A DNA stretch of 64,000 nt from contig CAVZPE010000019.1 in the NCBI GenBank assembly GCA_963776915.1, forward strand, positions 7,994 through 71,993, read 5' to 3'. This document shows, piece by piece, positions 1 through 8,045 of the stretch. Positions within the stretch are counted from its first letter, which is position 1; each line of letters begins with the position of its first letter. Source of the DNA: an uncultured Acidobacteriota bacterium (GTDB taxonomy: Bacteria > Acidobacteriota > Thermoanaerobaculia > UBA5066). Both the position numbers and the translations under genes were made by a program. The notes under the pieces are model-generated. The model was not told the origin of the DNA. It did not search any database and saw only the letters and a program-made list of their open reading frames with translations.

Positions 1-420
1 GGTTCCCGCCGTCGAAGAGAAGAAGTAAGCGGCTTTCCGCTCCGGCCGCTCCGGCGGCCCTTTCGCGCCCCCGGGGCCCGCGCCCGGGGGCGTTTTTCGT
101 TGGTTCCTCACGGTGAAGGAGGACGGAAACGGGTTGCCCCCTCCCATCGTGACGACGAGGTCAGGCAGCTTCGGCCCGGCCGCGCCCGCTCTCGCTCCGC
201 CGGCCGCGCCTGCGGCGGCGCCCGCGGCCGATTTCCCGCCCGCCGCGGCCCCGGAGGCGCCGGCGGCCGCGCCGGCCGCCGCTCCCCCCGCCGCAGCGGC
301 CCCGCCCGCACCGGGAACCGGAGTCGCGCCGGCGGAGGCGCCGCCGACCTGTGCCGGCGCGGGCGAGGCGAGCGGGACCAGGACGAAGGCGGCGACGACG
401 GGGAGGAGCGCGAAACGCAT
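1..420 (-). CDS. Partial secreted Ala/Gly-rich protein ending in a CARDB-like start; no stop before the window edge
   Basis: ATG at 420 gives MRFALLPVVAAFVLVPLASPAPAQ (signal peptide), an A/G low-complexity linker, then PKLPDLVVT...FTVRNQ. The frame then runs into a terminator hairpin. Confidence 0.4.
   Translation of the reverse strand, partial: MRFALLPVVAAFVLVPLASPAPAQVGGASAGATPVPGAGGAAAAGGAAAGAAAGASGAAAGGKSAAGAAAGAAGGARAGAAGPKLPDLVVTMGGGNPFPSSFTVRNQRKTPPGAGPGGAKGPPERPERKAAYFFSSTAGT
66..97 (+). terminator. Intrinsic terminator of an upstream + strand gene (stop TAA near 27-29)
   Basis: 10-bp stem CGCCCCCGGG/CCCGGGGGCG followed by TTTTT. Confidence 0.7.
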
Positions 421-516
421 CGGGATCTCCTTTCCGGGCGTGCGATCTCCCGAGTCTAAGGCGACGGGGTCTCGGTCGCATTGACGCGGCCGGCGGCCCG
501 GGTGGAAGATTTCGCC

Positions 517-786
517 GTGGTGCGCGTCTCGTTCGCGAGGAGCCTCGAGCGCTTTCTTCCCTGCGAGCCGCGCACGGTCGAGGCCGGGACGGTGCGCGAG
601 GCGCTGGACGCGGTCGTGAGGGCCGACCCGCGCCTCGGCGCGTACCTCGTGGACGAGCAGGGGCGCCTGCGGGCGCACGTCGCCGTCTTCGTCGGGGGCG
701 CCTTCGTGCGCGACCGGGAGACGCTGTCGGACCGGGTGGGCGACGGCGGCGAGATCCACATCCTTCAGGCGCTCTCCGGAGGCTGA
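517..786 (+). CDS. MoaD/ThiS-family ubiquitin-like protein
   Basis: About 89 aa beta-grasp pattern (TVREALD...VAVFV) ending in ILQALSGG with a C-terminal Gly-Gly. Confidence 0.85.
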   Translation: MVRVSFARSLERFLPCEPRTVEAGTVREALDAVVRADPRLGAYLVDEQGRLRAHVAVFVGGAFVRDRETLSDRVGDGGEIHILQALSGG

Positions 787-788
787 CG

Positions 789-1887
789 ATGTCCGCAACG
801 CTCTTCGTCGCGACACGAAAGGGTCTCTTCCGGCTCACGCGCTCGCGCGACGGGTGGCGTCTTCCGGCGCCGGCGTTTCTCGGCGATCCCGTCTCGGCCG
901 TGCTGCCGCGGCGGGACGGCTCCGTCCTCGCGGCGCTCGACCTCGGGCACTTCGGCGTGAAGCTGCACGTCTCGACGGACGGCGGCGCGACCTTCGCCGA
1001 GACCGGCTGCCCCGCGTTCCCCGTCCAGACGAAGGCCGAGGCGGAGGCCGAGGCGGCGCGGACGAAGCCGTCGCCGTGGAGCGTCCAGAAGATCTGGACG
1101 CTCGAGGAGGCCGCGGACGGCACGCTGTGGGCGGGCGCGATCCCGGCCGGGCTCTTCCGCTCGGCGGACGGCGGCGCGACGTGGAGCCTCGTGCGCGAGC
1201 TCTGGGACCGGCCCGAGCGCGGCGAGTGGTTCGGCGGCGGGTACGACCACGCGGGCATCCACTCCGTCGCGCCGGACCCGCGCCGCGCGGGCGCGCTCCT
1301 CGTCGGGATCTCCTCCGGCGGCGTCTGGCGGACGGAGGACGGCGGCGCGACGTGGAGCCCGGCGGCGAAGGGCATGCGCGCGGCGTACATGCCGCCGGAG
1401 AGGGCGTACGACGAGAACGTGCAGGACCCGCACCGCGTCGCGCGGTGCGCGGCGCGGCCCCGACACGCTCTGGACGCAGCACCACAACGGCATCTTCCGG
1501 ACGACGGACGGCGCGCGGAGCTGGACGGAGATCGAGAAGGCCGGCCCTTCGACGTTCGGGTTCGCGGTCGCCGCGCACCCGGAGGACGCGGGCACGGCGT
1601 GGTTCGTCCCGGCGGTCAAGGACGAGAAGCGCGTCCCGGTCGACGGCCGCCTCGTCGTCACGCGCACGCGCGACGGCGGCGCGACGTTCGACGTCCTCGG
1701 GAAGGGGCTGCCGGCGCGCGACGCGTACGACCTCGTCTACCGCCACGGCCTCGACGTCGACGCGTCCGGCCGGACGCTCGCGTTCGGGTCGACGACGGGC
1801 AGCCTCTTCGTGTCGGAGGACGCGGGCGACTCGTGGACGCTCGTGTCCGCCCACCTGCCGCCCGTGTACGCGGTGAGATTCGGCTGA
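789..1887 (+). CDS. Cytoplasmic BNR/Asp-box beta-propeller protein, one indel near 1460
   Basis: Repeated S/T-x-D-G-G-x-T/S-W/F Asp-boxes; no signal peptide; frame continues as DTLWTQHHNGIFRTTDG to TGA 1887. Confidence 0.8.
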
Positions 1888-1893
1888 CGCGCC

Positions 1894-3270
1894 TCAGGAC
1901 GCGATCGGCTCGAAGCGGGCCGTGAAGTGCCTCAGGACGCGCGGCGCCGACGTGATGCGATAACCGGGAAGGCTCGCGGCGCCACGTGCGACGGCGAGCA
2001 CGACTTCGGACACGTAGTCGACGTGCGACTGCGTGTAGACGCGCCGCGGGAACGCGAGGCGCACGAGGTCCATCGGCCCGGGCTCCTCGCGGCCGTCCGG
2101 CTTGAGGCCGAACATGACGGTGCCGATCTCGACGCCCCGGATGCCCCCCGTCTCGTAGAGCGCGTTCGCGAGCGCGATCCCCGGGTACTGGACGGGCGGG
2201 ATGTGCGGGAGGAGAGCCCGCGCGTCGAGGTAGACGGCGTGGCCGCCGGAGGGACGGATCATCGGCACGCCGCCCGCCTCGAGCTTTTCGTGGAGGTACT
2301 CGATCGACCGGATGCGGTACTGGAGATAGTGCTCCTCGACGACCTCGATGAGCCCCTGCGCGATGGCCTCGAGGTCGTAGCCCGCGAGGCCGCCGTACGT
2401 CGGGAAGCCCTCGGTGAGGATCGTGAGGTTGCGGGCGTTCTCGGCCCACGCGTCGTCGTTCATCGCGAGGAAGCCGCCGATGTTCGCGAGGCCGTCCTTC
2501 TTCGCGGACATCGTGCAGCCGTCGGCGAGGGAGAACATCTCCTGTGCGATGGCCTTCGGCGTCCGGCCCTCCTGCCCCTTCTCGCGGCGCTTCACGAAGT
2601 ACGCGTTCTCCGCGAAGCGGCACGCGTCGAGGAAGAAGGGCTTGGCGTAGCGGTCGCACAGCGCGCGGACGCCGCGGAGGTTCTCGAGGGAGACGGGCTG
2701 GCCGCCGCCCGAGTTGTTCGTGACCGTCACCATGACGAGCGGCACGCGGTCGCCGTCCTCGGCGAGCGTCCTCTCGAGCGCCCCGAGGTCGATGTTTCCC
2801 TTGAAGGGGTGCACGAGCGAGGGCACGCGGCCCTCGGGGATCACGAGGTCGCGCGCCTCGGCGCCCTCGACCTCGATGTTCGCGCGCGTCGTGTCGAAGT
2901 GGTTGTTGTTCGGGACGACGTCGCCCTTCTTCAGGACGGTGTGGAACAGGATGCGCTCGGCCGCGCGGCCCTGGTGCGTCGGGATCACGTGCTTGAAGCC
3001 CGTGAGGTCCTGGATGACGTCGCGGAAGCGGTAGAACGACCGGCTGCCCGCGTAGGACTCGTCCCCCTGGATGAGCGCGCCCCACTGCGCGGCCGACATC
3101 GCGCCCGTGCCGGAGTCGGTGAGGAGGTCGATCAGGACGTCCGCGGCGGGGAGGAGGAAGACGTTGTAGCCGGCCTCGGCGATCGCGCGCCGGCGGACCT
3201 CGGGCGTCGTCTCCTTGACGGTCTCGACGGACTTGATGCGGAACGGCTCGATGATCGTGCGGAAATTCAT
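1894..3270 (-). CDS. tnaA: Tryptophanase (PLP beta-eliminating lyase)
   Basis: EPFRIKSVE, DLLTDSGT, GDESYAGS and SAKKD motifs. Tnase-type residues HFDTT (Asp), GVEIG (Ile) and LRHFT (His) rather than the TPL Thr/Arg/Phe. Confidence 0.85.
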   Translation of the reverse strand: MNFRTIIEPFRIKSVETVKETTPEVRRRAIAEAGYNVFLLPAADVLIDLLTDSGTGAMSAAQWGALIQGDESYAGSRSFYRFRDVIQDLTGFKHVIPTHQGRAAERILFHTVLKKGDVVPNNNHFDTTRANIEVEGAEARDLVIPEGRVPSLVHPFKGNIDLGALERTLAEDGDRVPLVMVTVTNNSGGGQPVSLENLRGVRALCDRYAKPFFLDACRFAENAYFVKRREKGQEGRTPKAIAQEMFSLADGCTMSAKKDGLANIGGFLAMNDDAWAENARNLTILTEGFPTYGGLAGYDLEAIAQGLIEVVEEHYLQYRIRSIEYLHEKLEAGGVPMIRPSGGHAVYLDARALLPHIPPVQYPGIALANALYETGGIRGVEIGTVMFGLKPDGREEPGPMDLVRLAFPRRVYTQSHVDYVSEVVLAVARGAASLPGYRITSAPRVLRHFTARFEPIAS

Positions 3271-3344
3271 CGTGTCCGCAGGATAACGCGGCACGGCGCC
3301 GACGCGCCGGAAGGGGCGTCGGCCGGTGCCGGACGCGCCGTCGC

Positions 3345-3674
3345 TCAGTGCCCGGGCGTGACCACGGTGTAGCCCACCGTGGCGCCACGCTCGGGGGACG
3401 CGTGGACCTCGATCTTCGTGCCCGTGGCGTCGGCGCACTGGCCGCCCGTCACCACGGCGACGACCTTCCCGTCCGACACGAGCTCGACGACGGGCTCGGC
3501 GTCGCACACGCAGACGCGGTACGTCGCGGGCACGTTTCCCGCGTAGATCGTCTTGGACGACTTGGCGTACACCTGCGCCTCCGTCATCTTGCTGCAGTCG
3601 CGGCCGGCGCCGGCGAGCGGCAGCGCCGCGGCGACGAGAAGCGCGAGCGCCGCGGCCACCGGAGCTTTCTTCAT
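3345..3674 (-). CDS. Small secreted hypothetical protein with 4 Cys
   Basis: Signal peptide MKKAPVAAALALLVAAALPLAGA; typical codon use. Confidence 0.65.
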   Translation of the reverse strand: MKKAPVAAALALLVAAALPLAGAGRDCSKMTEAQVYAKSSKTIYAGNVPATYRVCVCDAEPVVELVSDGKVVAVVTGGQCADATGTKIEVHASPERGATVGYTVVTPGH

Positions 3675-3814
3675 GGAAGCCATCCCTCCACCTGAAAAGG
3701 TGCGCCCGCGGAGGTGCGCCCCGCCATTGAAGCAGCTGCCTCATGGCCGTCCGCCGGGGCGCGGCACCACCGTGAGGCCACGGGGACGTGTTTGCGCGGC
3801 CCTCGGAGGCCTCG

Positions 3815-5095
3815 ATGGCGCACGCGACGGCCCGCACGGGGTACCGCGACCTGGTGGACCGGCTGAACCGGTTCCCGCAGGGCGCGCCGCCCTCGGCGCT
3901 CCTCGACCGGATCCTGAGGATCCTCTTCACGGAGCGCGAGGCGGGCCTCGTCTCGTCCCTCCCGATCAAGCCGTTCTCGGCCGAGACGGCCGCCCGGGCC
4001 TGGAAGACGACACCCGACGAGGCGCGGCGGACGCTCGACGCGCTCGCCGAGCGCGCGCTCCTCCTCGACACGACCCGAAACGGGGAGACGCGCTGGGTCC
4101 TGCCGCCGCCGATGGCGGGGTTCTTCGAGTTCTCGATGATGCGGCTGCGCGGCGACATCGACCAGAAGGCGCTCGCGGAGCTCTTCTACCGGTACCTGAA
4201 CGTCGAGGAGGACTTCGCCCGTGCGCTGTTCGCGCGCGGCGAGACGCAGCTCGGGCGCGTCTTCGTGGACGAGGACGTCCTGCCCGAGGACGACGCCCTC
4301 GAGGTCCTCGACTGGGAGCGCGCGAGCGAGGTCGCGCGGACGAGCCGCGACGTCGGCGTCGGCCTCTGCTACTGCCGCCACAAGATGAGCCACGTCGGGC
4401 GCGCCTGCGGCGCGCCGATGGAGATCTGCCTCACGTTCGGCTCCACGGCCGAGGCGCTCGTGCGCCACGGCCACGCGCGCCGGTCCGACTCCGCCGAGGC
4501 GCTCGACCTCCTCGCCCGCGCCCGCGGCGAGGGCCTGGTCCAGTTCGGCGAGAACGTGCGCCGCCGGCCCGCGTTCATCTGCAACTGCTGCGGGTGCTGC
4601 TGCGAGGCCCTGATCGCGCAGCGCCGGTTCGGCTTCCTCAAGCCGGTCCACACGACCGGCTTCGTCCCGGAGGTCGACACGGCGCGCTGCACGGGCTGCG
4701 GGAAGTGCGTCGAAGCCTGCCCCGTGGAGGCGATGGGCTCCGTGTCGGCGAACGACGCGCGGTCGCCGAAGAAGCGCCTGGCGCGTCTCGACGAGCGGAT
4801 CTGCCTCGGGTGCGGCGTCTGCGTGGCGGCGTGCCGCACGGGCGGCCTGCATCTCGTGAGGCGGGAGAAGCGCGTGATCCCGCCGCTCGACACCGTCCAC
4901 CGGACCGTCGTCATGGCGCTCGAGCGCGGCCAGCTCGCCGACCTTCTGTGTGACGACCGCACGCTCGCGAGCCATCGCATCCTCGGCTCCGTCCTCGGGA
5001 CGATCCTCCGGCTGCCGCTCGTGCAGCGGACCCTGGCCTCGGAGCAGGTGAAGTCGCGGTACCTCGAGGCCGTGCTCGCCCGGATCGCCCCCTAG
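3815..5095 (+). CDS. 4Fe-4S dicluster protein with N-terminal HTH-like region and ICNCCxCCC motif
   Basis: CTGCGKCVEACP, CLGCGVCVAACR, ICNCCGCCC and CYCRH; GGAGG RBS before ATG 3815. Confidence 0.85.
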   Translation: MAHATARTGYRDLVDRLNRFPQGAPPSALLDRILRILFTEREAGLVSSLPIKPFSAETAARAWKTTPDEARRTLDALAERALLLDTTRNGETRWVLPPPMAGFFEFSMMRLRGDIDQKALAELFYRYLNVEEDFARALFARGETQLGRVFVDEDVLPEDDALEVLDWERASEVARTSRDVGVGLCYCRHKMSHVGRACGAPMEICLTFGSTAEALVRHGHARRSDSAEALDLLARARGEGLVQFGENVRRRPAFICNCCGCCCEALIAQRRFGFLKPVHTTGFVPEVDTARCTGCGKCVEACPVEAMGSVSANDARSPKKRLARLDERICLGCGVCVAACRTGGLHLVRREKRVIPPLDTVHRTVVMALERGQLADLLCDDRTLASHRILGSVLGTILRLPLVQRTLASEQVKSRYLEAVLARIAP

Positions 5096-5125
5096 GGCGG
5101 CCGCCCGCGCCCGGGGGGCGCGGCG

Positions 5126-5145
5126 CTGGAAATCTCCTGGAAATC
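5126..5145 (+). promoter_or_regulatory. Direct repeat CTGGAAATC x2 with 11-bp period, putative transcription-factor site
   Basis: Copies at 5126-5134 and 5137-5145, upstream of the EEP gene. Confidence 0.4.
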
Positions 5146-5219
5146 CGTTGTGACCCGGAGCGCGGGCACCCCTACGTTCGGTGCGTCCGGTCCAACGGAC
5201 GGAAAGGCAGGAACCCATC

Positions 5220-6293
5220 ATGAAGAGCCGACGGAACCTGTTCGCTCTCCTCGCCGCGGCGGCGGGAGCGCTGTGTCTCGCGTCATTCCCGGTCGCCTCG
5301 GCGGACGGTCCGAAGCCCGTCAAGGTGATGACGTGGAATCTCTATTACGGCTTCGACGAAGCACCGGTCGTCGCCGCGGCACTGTCGGGCGACCCGTCGC
5401 TCGTCGCCCAGGCGGCCACCGAGGCGTGGCGGCAGGTCCACGCGACGGACTTCCACCGCCGCGTGCGCGACATCGCGCTGCGCGTCCGCCTCGAGGCGCC
5501 GGATCTCGTCGGCGTCCAGGAGGCCGTCCGCTACGTCCAGAGCGACGCCACGGGCTCGATCGTCGAGAGGCTCGACCATCTCGAGATCCTCGTGGCGGCG
5601 CTGCGCGAGATCGGGCTGCCGTACGAGGTCGTCTCGTCCGTCGACACGACGGCCGTCGACCTGCCGGTCCTCGACGCGGCGGGCAACCTCACGGTCGTGT
5701 CGCTCCAGGATCGCAATGCGATCCTCGCGCGCTCGAGGCAGGAACGAATCGCGGTCTCGAACCCGCAGGGCGGCACGTACCAGGTCATCCTCGGACCGCC
5801 GGACTTCCCGTTCCCTCTCGCGCAGGGCTGGGCGTCCGTCGACGTCGAGGCCTCGGGGCGGCGCTTCCGCTTCGTCACGACGCATCTCGAGGACGCGTCC
5901 GCGGATCCGGCGGCCCTGACGCCGCTCCAGGAGGCGCAGGCCCTCGAGCTCGTGAACGTCCACGTCGCGTCGGGCCTGCCCGTCGTCTTCACGGGCGACT
6001 TCAACACGGACGGCTTCCGCAGGTGGCCCACGTACAAGCTGCTCACGCGGGATCTCGGGCTGACGGACGCGTGGACGGACGCGAACCGCGGCCGGCCCGG
6101 TCTCACCTGGGGCCAGTCGCCGGACCTCCTGAACCCCGTCCCGCGCTTCACGCAGCGGCTCGACCTCGTCCTCTTCTCGGGGCCGTTCCGGGTGACGGAC
6201 GCCGACGTCGTCGGCGCGACGCTCCTCGACCGCGTTCCCGCCGGCATGTGGCCGTCCGACCACGCCGGCGTCGTCGTGACGCTCGTCCCGTGA
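5220..6293 (+). CDS. Exported endonuclease/exonuclease/phosphatase (EEP) family protein
   Basis: MTWN, GVQE, TTHL, GDFN and SDH motifs; Tat-like SRRNLF signal. Confidence 0.85.
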   Translation: MKSRRNLFALLAAAAGALCLASFPVASADGPKPVKVMTWNLYYGFDEAPVVAAALSGDPSLVAQAATEAWRQVHATDFHRRVRDIALRVRLEAPDLVGVQEAVRYVQSDATGSIVERLDHLEILVAALREIGLPYEVVSSVDTTAVDLPVLDAAGNLTVVSLQDRNAILARSRQERIAVSNPQGGTYQVILGPPDFPFPLAQGWASVDVEASGRRFRFVTTHLEDASADPAALTPLQEAQALELVNVHVASGLPVVFTGDFNTDGFRRWPTYKLLTRDLGLTDAWTDANRGRPGLTWGQSPDLLNPVPRFTQRLDLVLFSGPFRVTDADVVGATLLDRVPAGMWPSDHAGVVVTLVP

Positions 6294-6305
6294 TCCCCGC
6301 CGCCG

Positions 6306-7937
6306 TCAGGCGGGCGTGAGGCCCACCACCCGGCCGTCCACGAGGTCGATGCGCTCGGCCGCGGGGGCGGCCGGCAGCCCCGGCATCCGGAGAATGTCTC
6401 CGAGGATCGGGACGAGATAGCCGGCGCCCGCGGCGAGCAGCACCTCCCGCACCGTGATGTCGAAGTCCTCCGGACGGCCCCACCGCTTCGGGTCGTCCGA
6501 GAGCGATTTCTGGGTCTTCGCGACGCAGAGCGGGAGGCCGCCGTACCCGAACGACTCGGCGAGCCCGAGGCCCGCCTCGGCGGCCTTCGACCAGACGACC
6601 TCGTGCGCGCCGTACATCGCGCGCGCGATCTTCTCCATCTTGACCTTCGCCGGGTCCGCCGGCGCGTAGAGCGGACGGTAGCGGCCCGGGTCGCGGCCGG
6701 CGACCTCGACGACGGCCTCGGCGAGATCGGTCCCTCCGGCCGCGCCGGAGGCGAAGGCGTCCGACACCGCGAACGGCACGCCGAGGCCCGTGCACGCGCG
6801 CCGGACGACGGCGATCTCGTCGGCGGAGTCCGCCGGGAAGCGGTTGAGCGCGACGACGGGTCCCTCGCCGAACGTCCGGATCGACTCGACGTGCTTTTCC
6901 AGGTTCGAGAGCCCTCGCGTGACCGCGCCGGCGTCGGGCGTGGCGAGATCCGCCTTCGCGGCGCCCCCGTGCATCCGGAGCGCGCGCACCGTCGCGACGA
7001 GGACGACGGCGGCCGTGTCGAGGCCGGCCGAGGCGCACACGATGTCGAAGAACTTCTCGGCGCCGAGGTCGAACCCGAACCCGGCCTCCGTGACCGCGTA
7101 GTCCGCGTGCGCGAGGGCCATCTTCGTCGCGAGGACCGAGTTGCAGCCGTGCGCGATGTTCGCGAACGGCCCGCCGTGCACGAACGCGGGGACGCCGTCG
7201 AGGGTCTGGACGAGGTTCGGCTTCAGGGCGTCCTTGAGGAGGACCATCATCGCCCCGACGGCGCCGAGGTCCCCCGCCGTCACGGGCGACTTCGCGTGCG
7301 TGAGCGCGACGACCATGCGCGCGAGGCGCGCGCGCAGGTCGCCTTCGCCCTCGGCGAGGCAGAGCGCCGCCATGACCTCGGAGGCGGGCGTGATGTCGAA
7401 GCCCGTCTCCCGCGGGACGCCCTCGAGCGCGCCGCCGAGGCCGATCACGACGTGCCGGAGCGAGCGGTCGTTCATGTCGATCACGCGGCGCAGGAGGATG
7501 CGGCGCGGGTCGACCCCGAGCGGGCCCTCGTGATGCAGGTGGTTGTCGAGGAGGGCCGCGAGGAGGTTGTGCGCCGACGAGATCGCGTGGAAGTCGCCCG
7601 TGAAGTGGAGGTTGATGTCCGCCTCCGGGACGAGCCGGGCCTTCCCGCCGCCGGTCGCGCCGCCCTTCATCCCGAACGTGGGGCCGAGGGACGGCTCGCG
7701 CAGCGCGAGGCAGACGCTCTTGCCGATCCGCGCGAGGCCCTGCGCGAGCCCGATCGACGTCGTCGTCTTGCCTTCGCCCGCGTCCGTCGGCGTGATCGCC
7801 GAGACGAGGACGAGCCGGCCCGGCGGCCGGCCGTGGGCGAGCACGGCCGGGTCGACCTTGGCCTTGTCCTCTCCGTACGGCGTGAGCGCCTCGCGGGCGA
7901 TTCCGAGGGTCCGGGCGACGTCGGCGATGGGGCGCAT
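6306..7937 (-). CDS. fhs: Formate--tetrahydrofolate ligase
   Basis: TPTDAGEGKTTT, LREPSLGP, HFTGDFHAI, HGGPFANIAHGCNS and KTQKSLSD motifs. Confidence 0.95.
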   Translation of the reverse strand: MRPIADVARTLGIAREALTPYGEDKAKVDPAVLAHGRPPGRLVLVSAITPTDAGEGKTTTSIGLAQGLARIGKSVCLALREPSLGPTFGMKGGATGGGKARLVPEADINLHFTGDFHAISSAHNLLAALLDNHLHHEGPLGVDPRRILLRRVIDMNDRSLRHVVIGLGGALEGVPRETGFDITPASEVMAALCLAEGEGDLRARLARMVVALTHAKSPVTAGDLGAVGAMMVLLKDALKPNLVQTLDGVPAFVHGGPFANIAHGCNSVLATKMALAHADYAVTEAGFGFDLGAEKFFDIVCASAGLDTAAVVLVATVRALRMHGGAAKADLATPDAGAVTRGLSNLEKHVESIRTFGEGPVVALNRFPADSADEIAVVRRACTGLGVPFAVSDAFASGAAGGTDLAEAVVEVAGRDPGRYRPLYAPADPAKVKMEKIARAMYGAHEVVWSKAAEAGLGLAESFGYGGLPLCVAKTQKSLSDDPKRWGRPEDFDITVREVLLAAGAGYLVPILGDILRMPGLPAAPAAERIDLVDGRVVGLTPA

Positions 7938-8045
7938 GGACGCACCTCCCCCGATACGGTAGTCCGCGCGGCCGGCCGGCGAACTGGTGCCGGTGCATCC
8001 GGGGGTCGAGCCTTCGCTCTAGACTCCGGGCCTCCGGAGGTGACC

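Noticed and set aside
1894-3270. Tyrosine phenol-lyase
   Set aside because: Specificity positions read FDTT, VEIG and RHF, matching tryptophanase rather than TPL (FTTT, MERG, RFF).
3689-3721. c-di-GMP-I riboswitch (CACCT-GAAA-AGGTG hairpin and AGGTGCGCCC repeat)
   Set aside because: Only the GAAA hairpin is present; the flanking GCAAA/GACGCAAAG elements are missing.
7938-8045. ZTP or THF riboswitch upstream of fhs
   Set aside because: No GACUGGC / CGCCUGGG-type cores visible.
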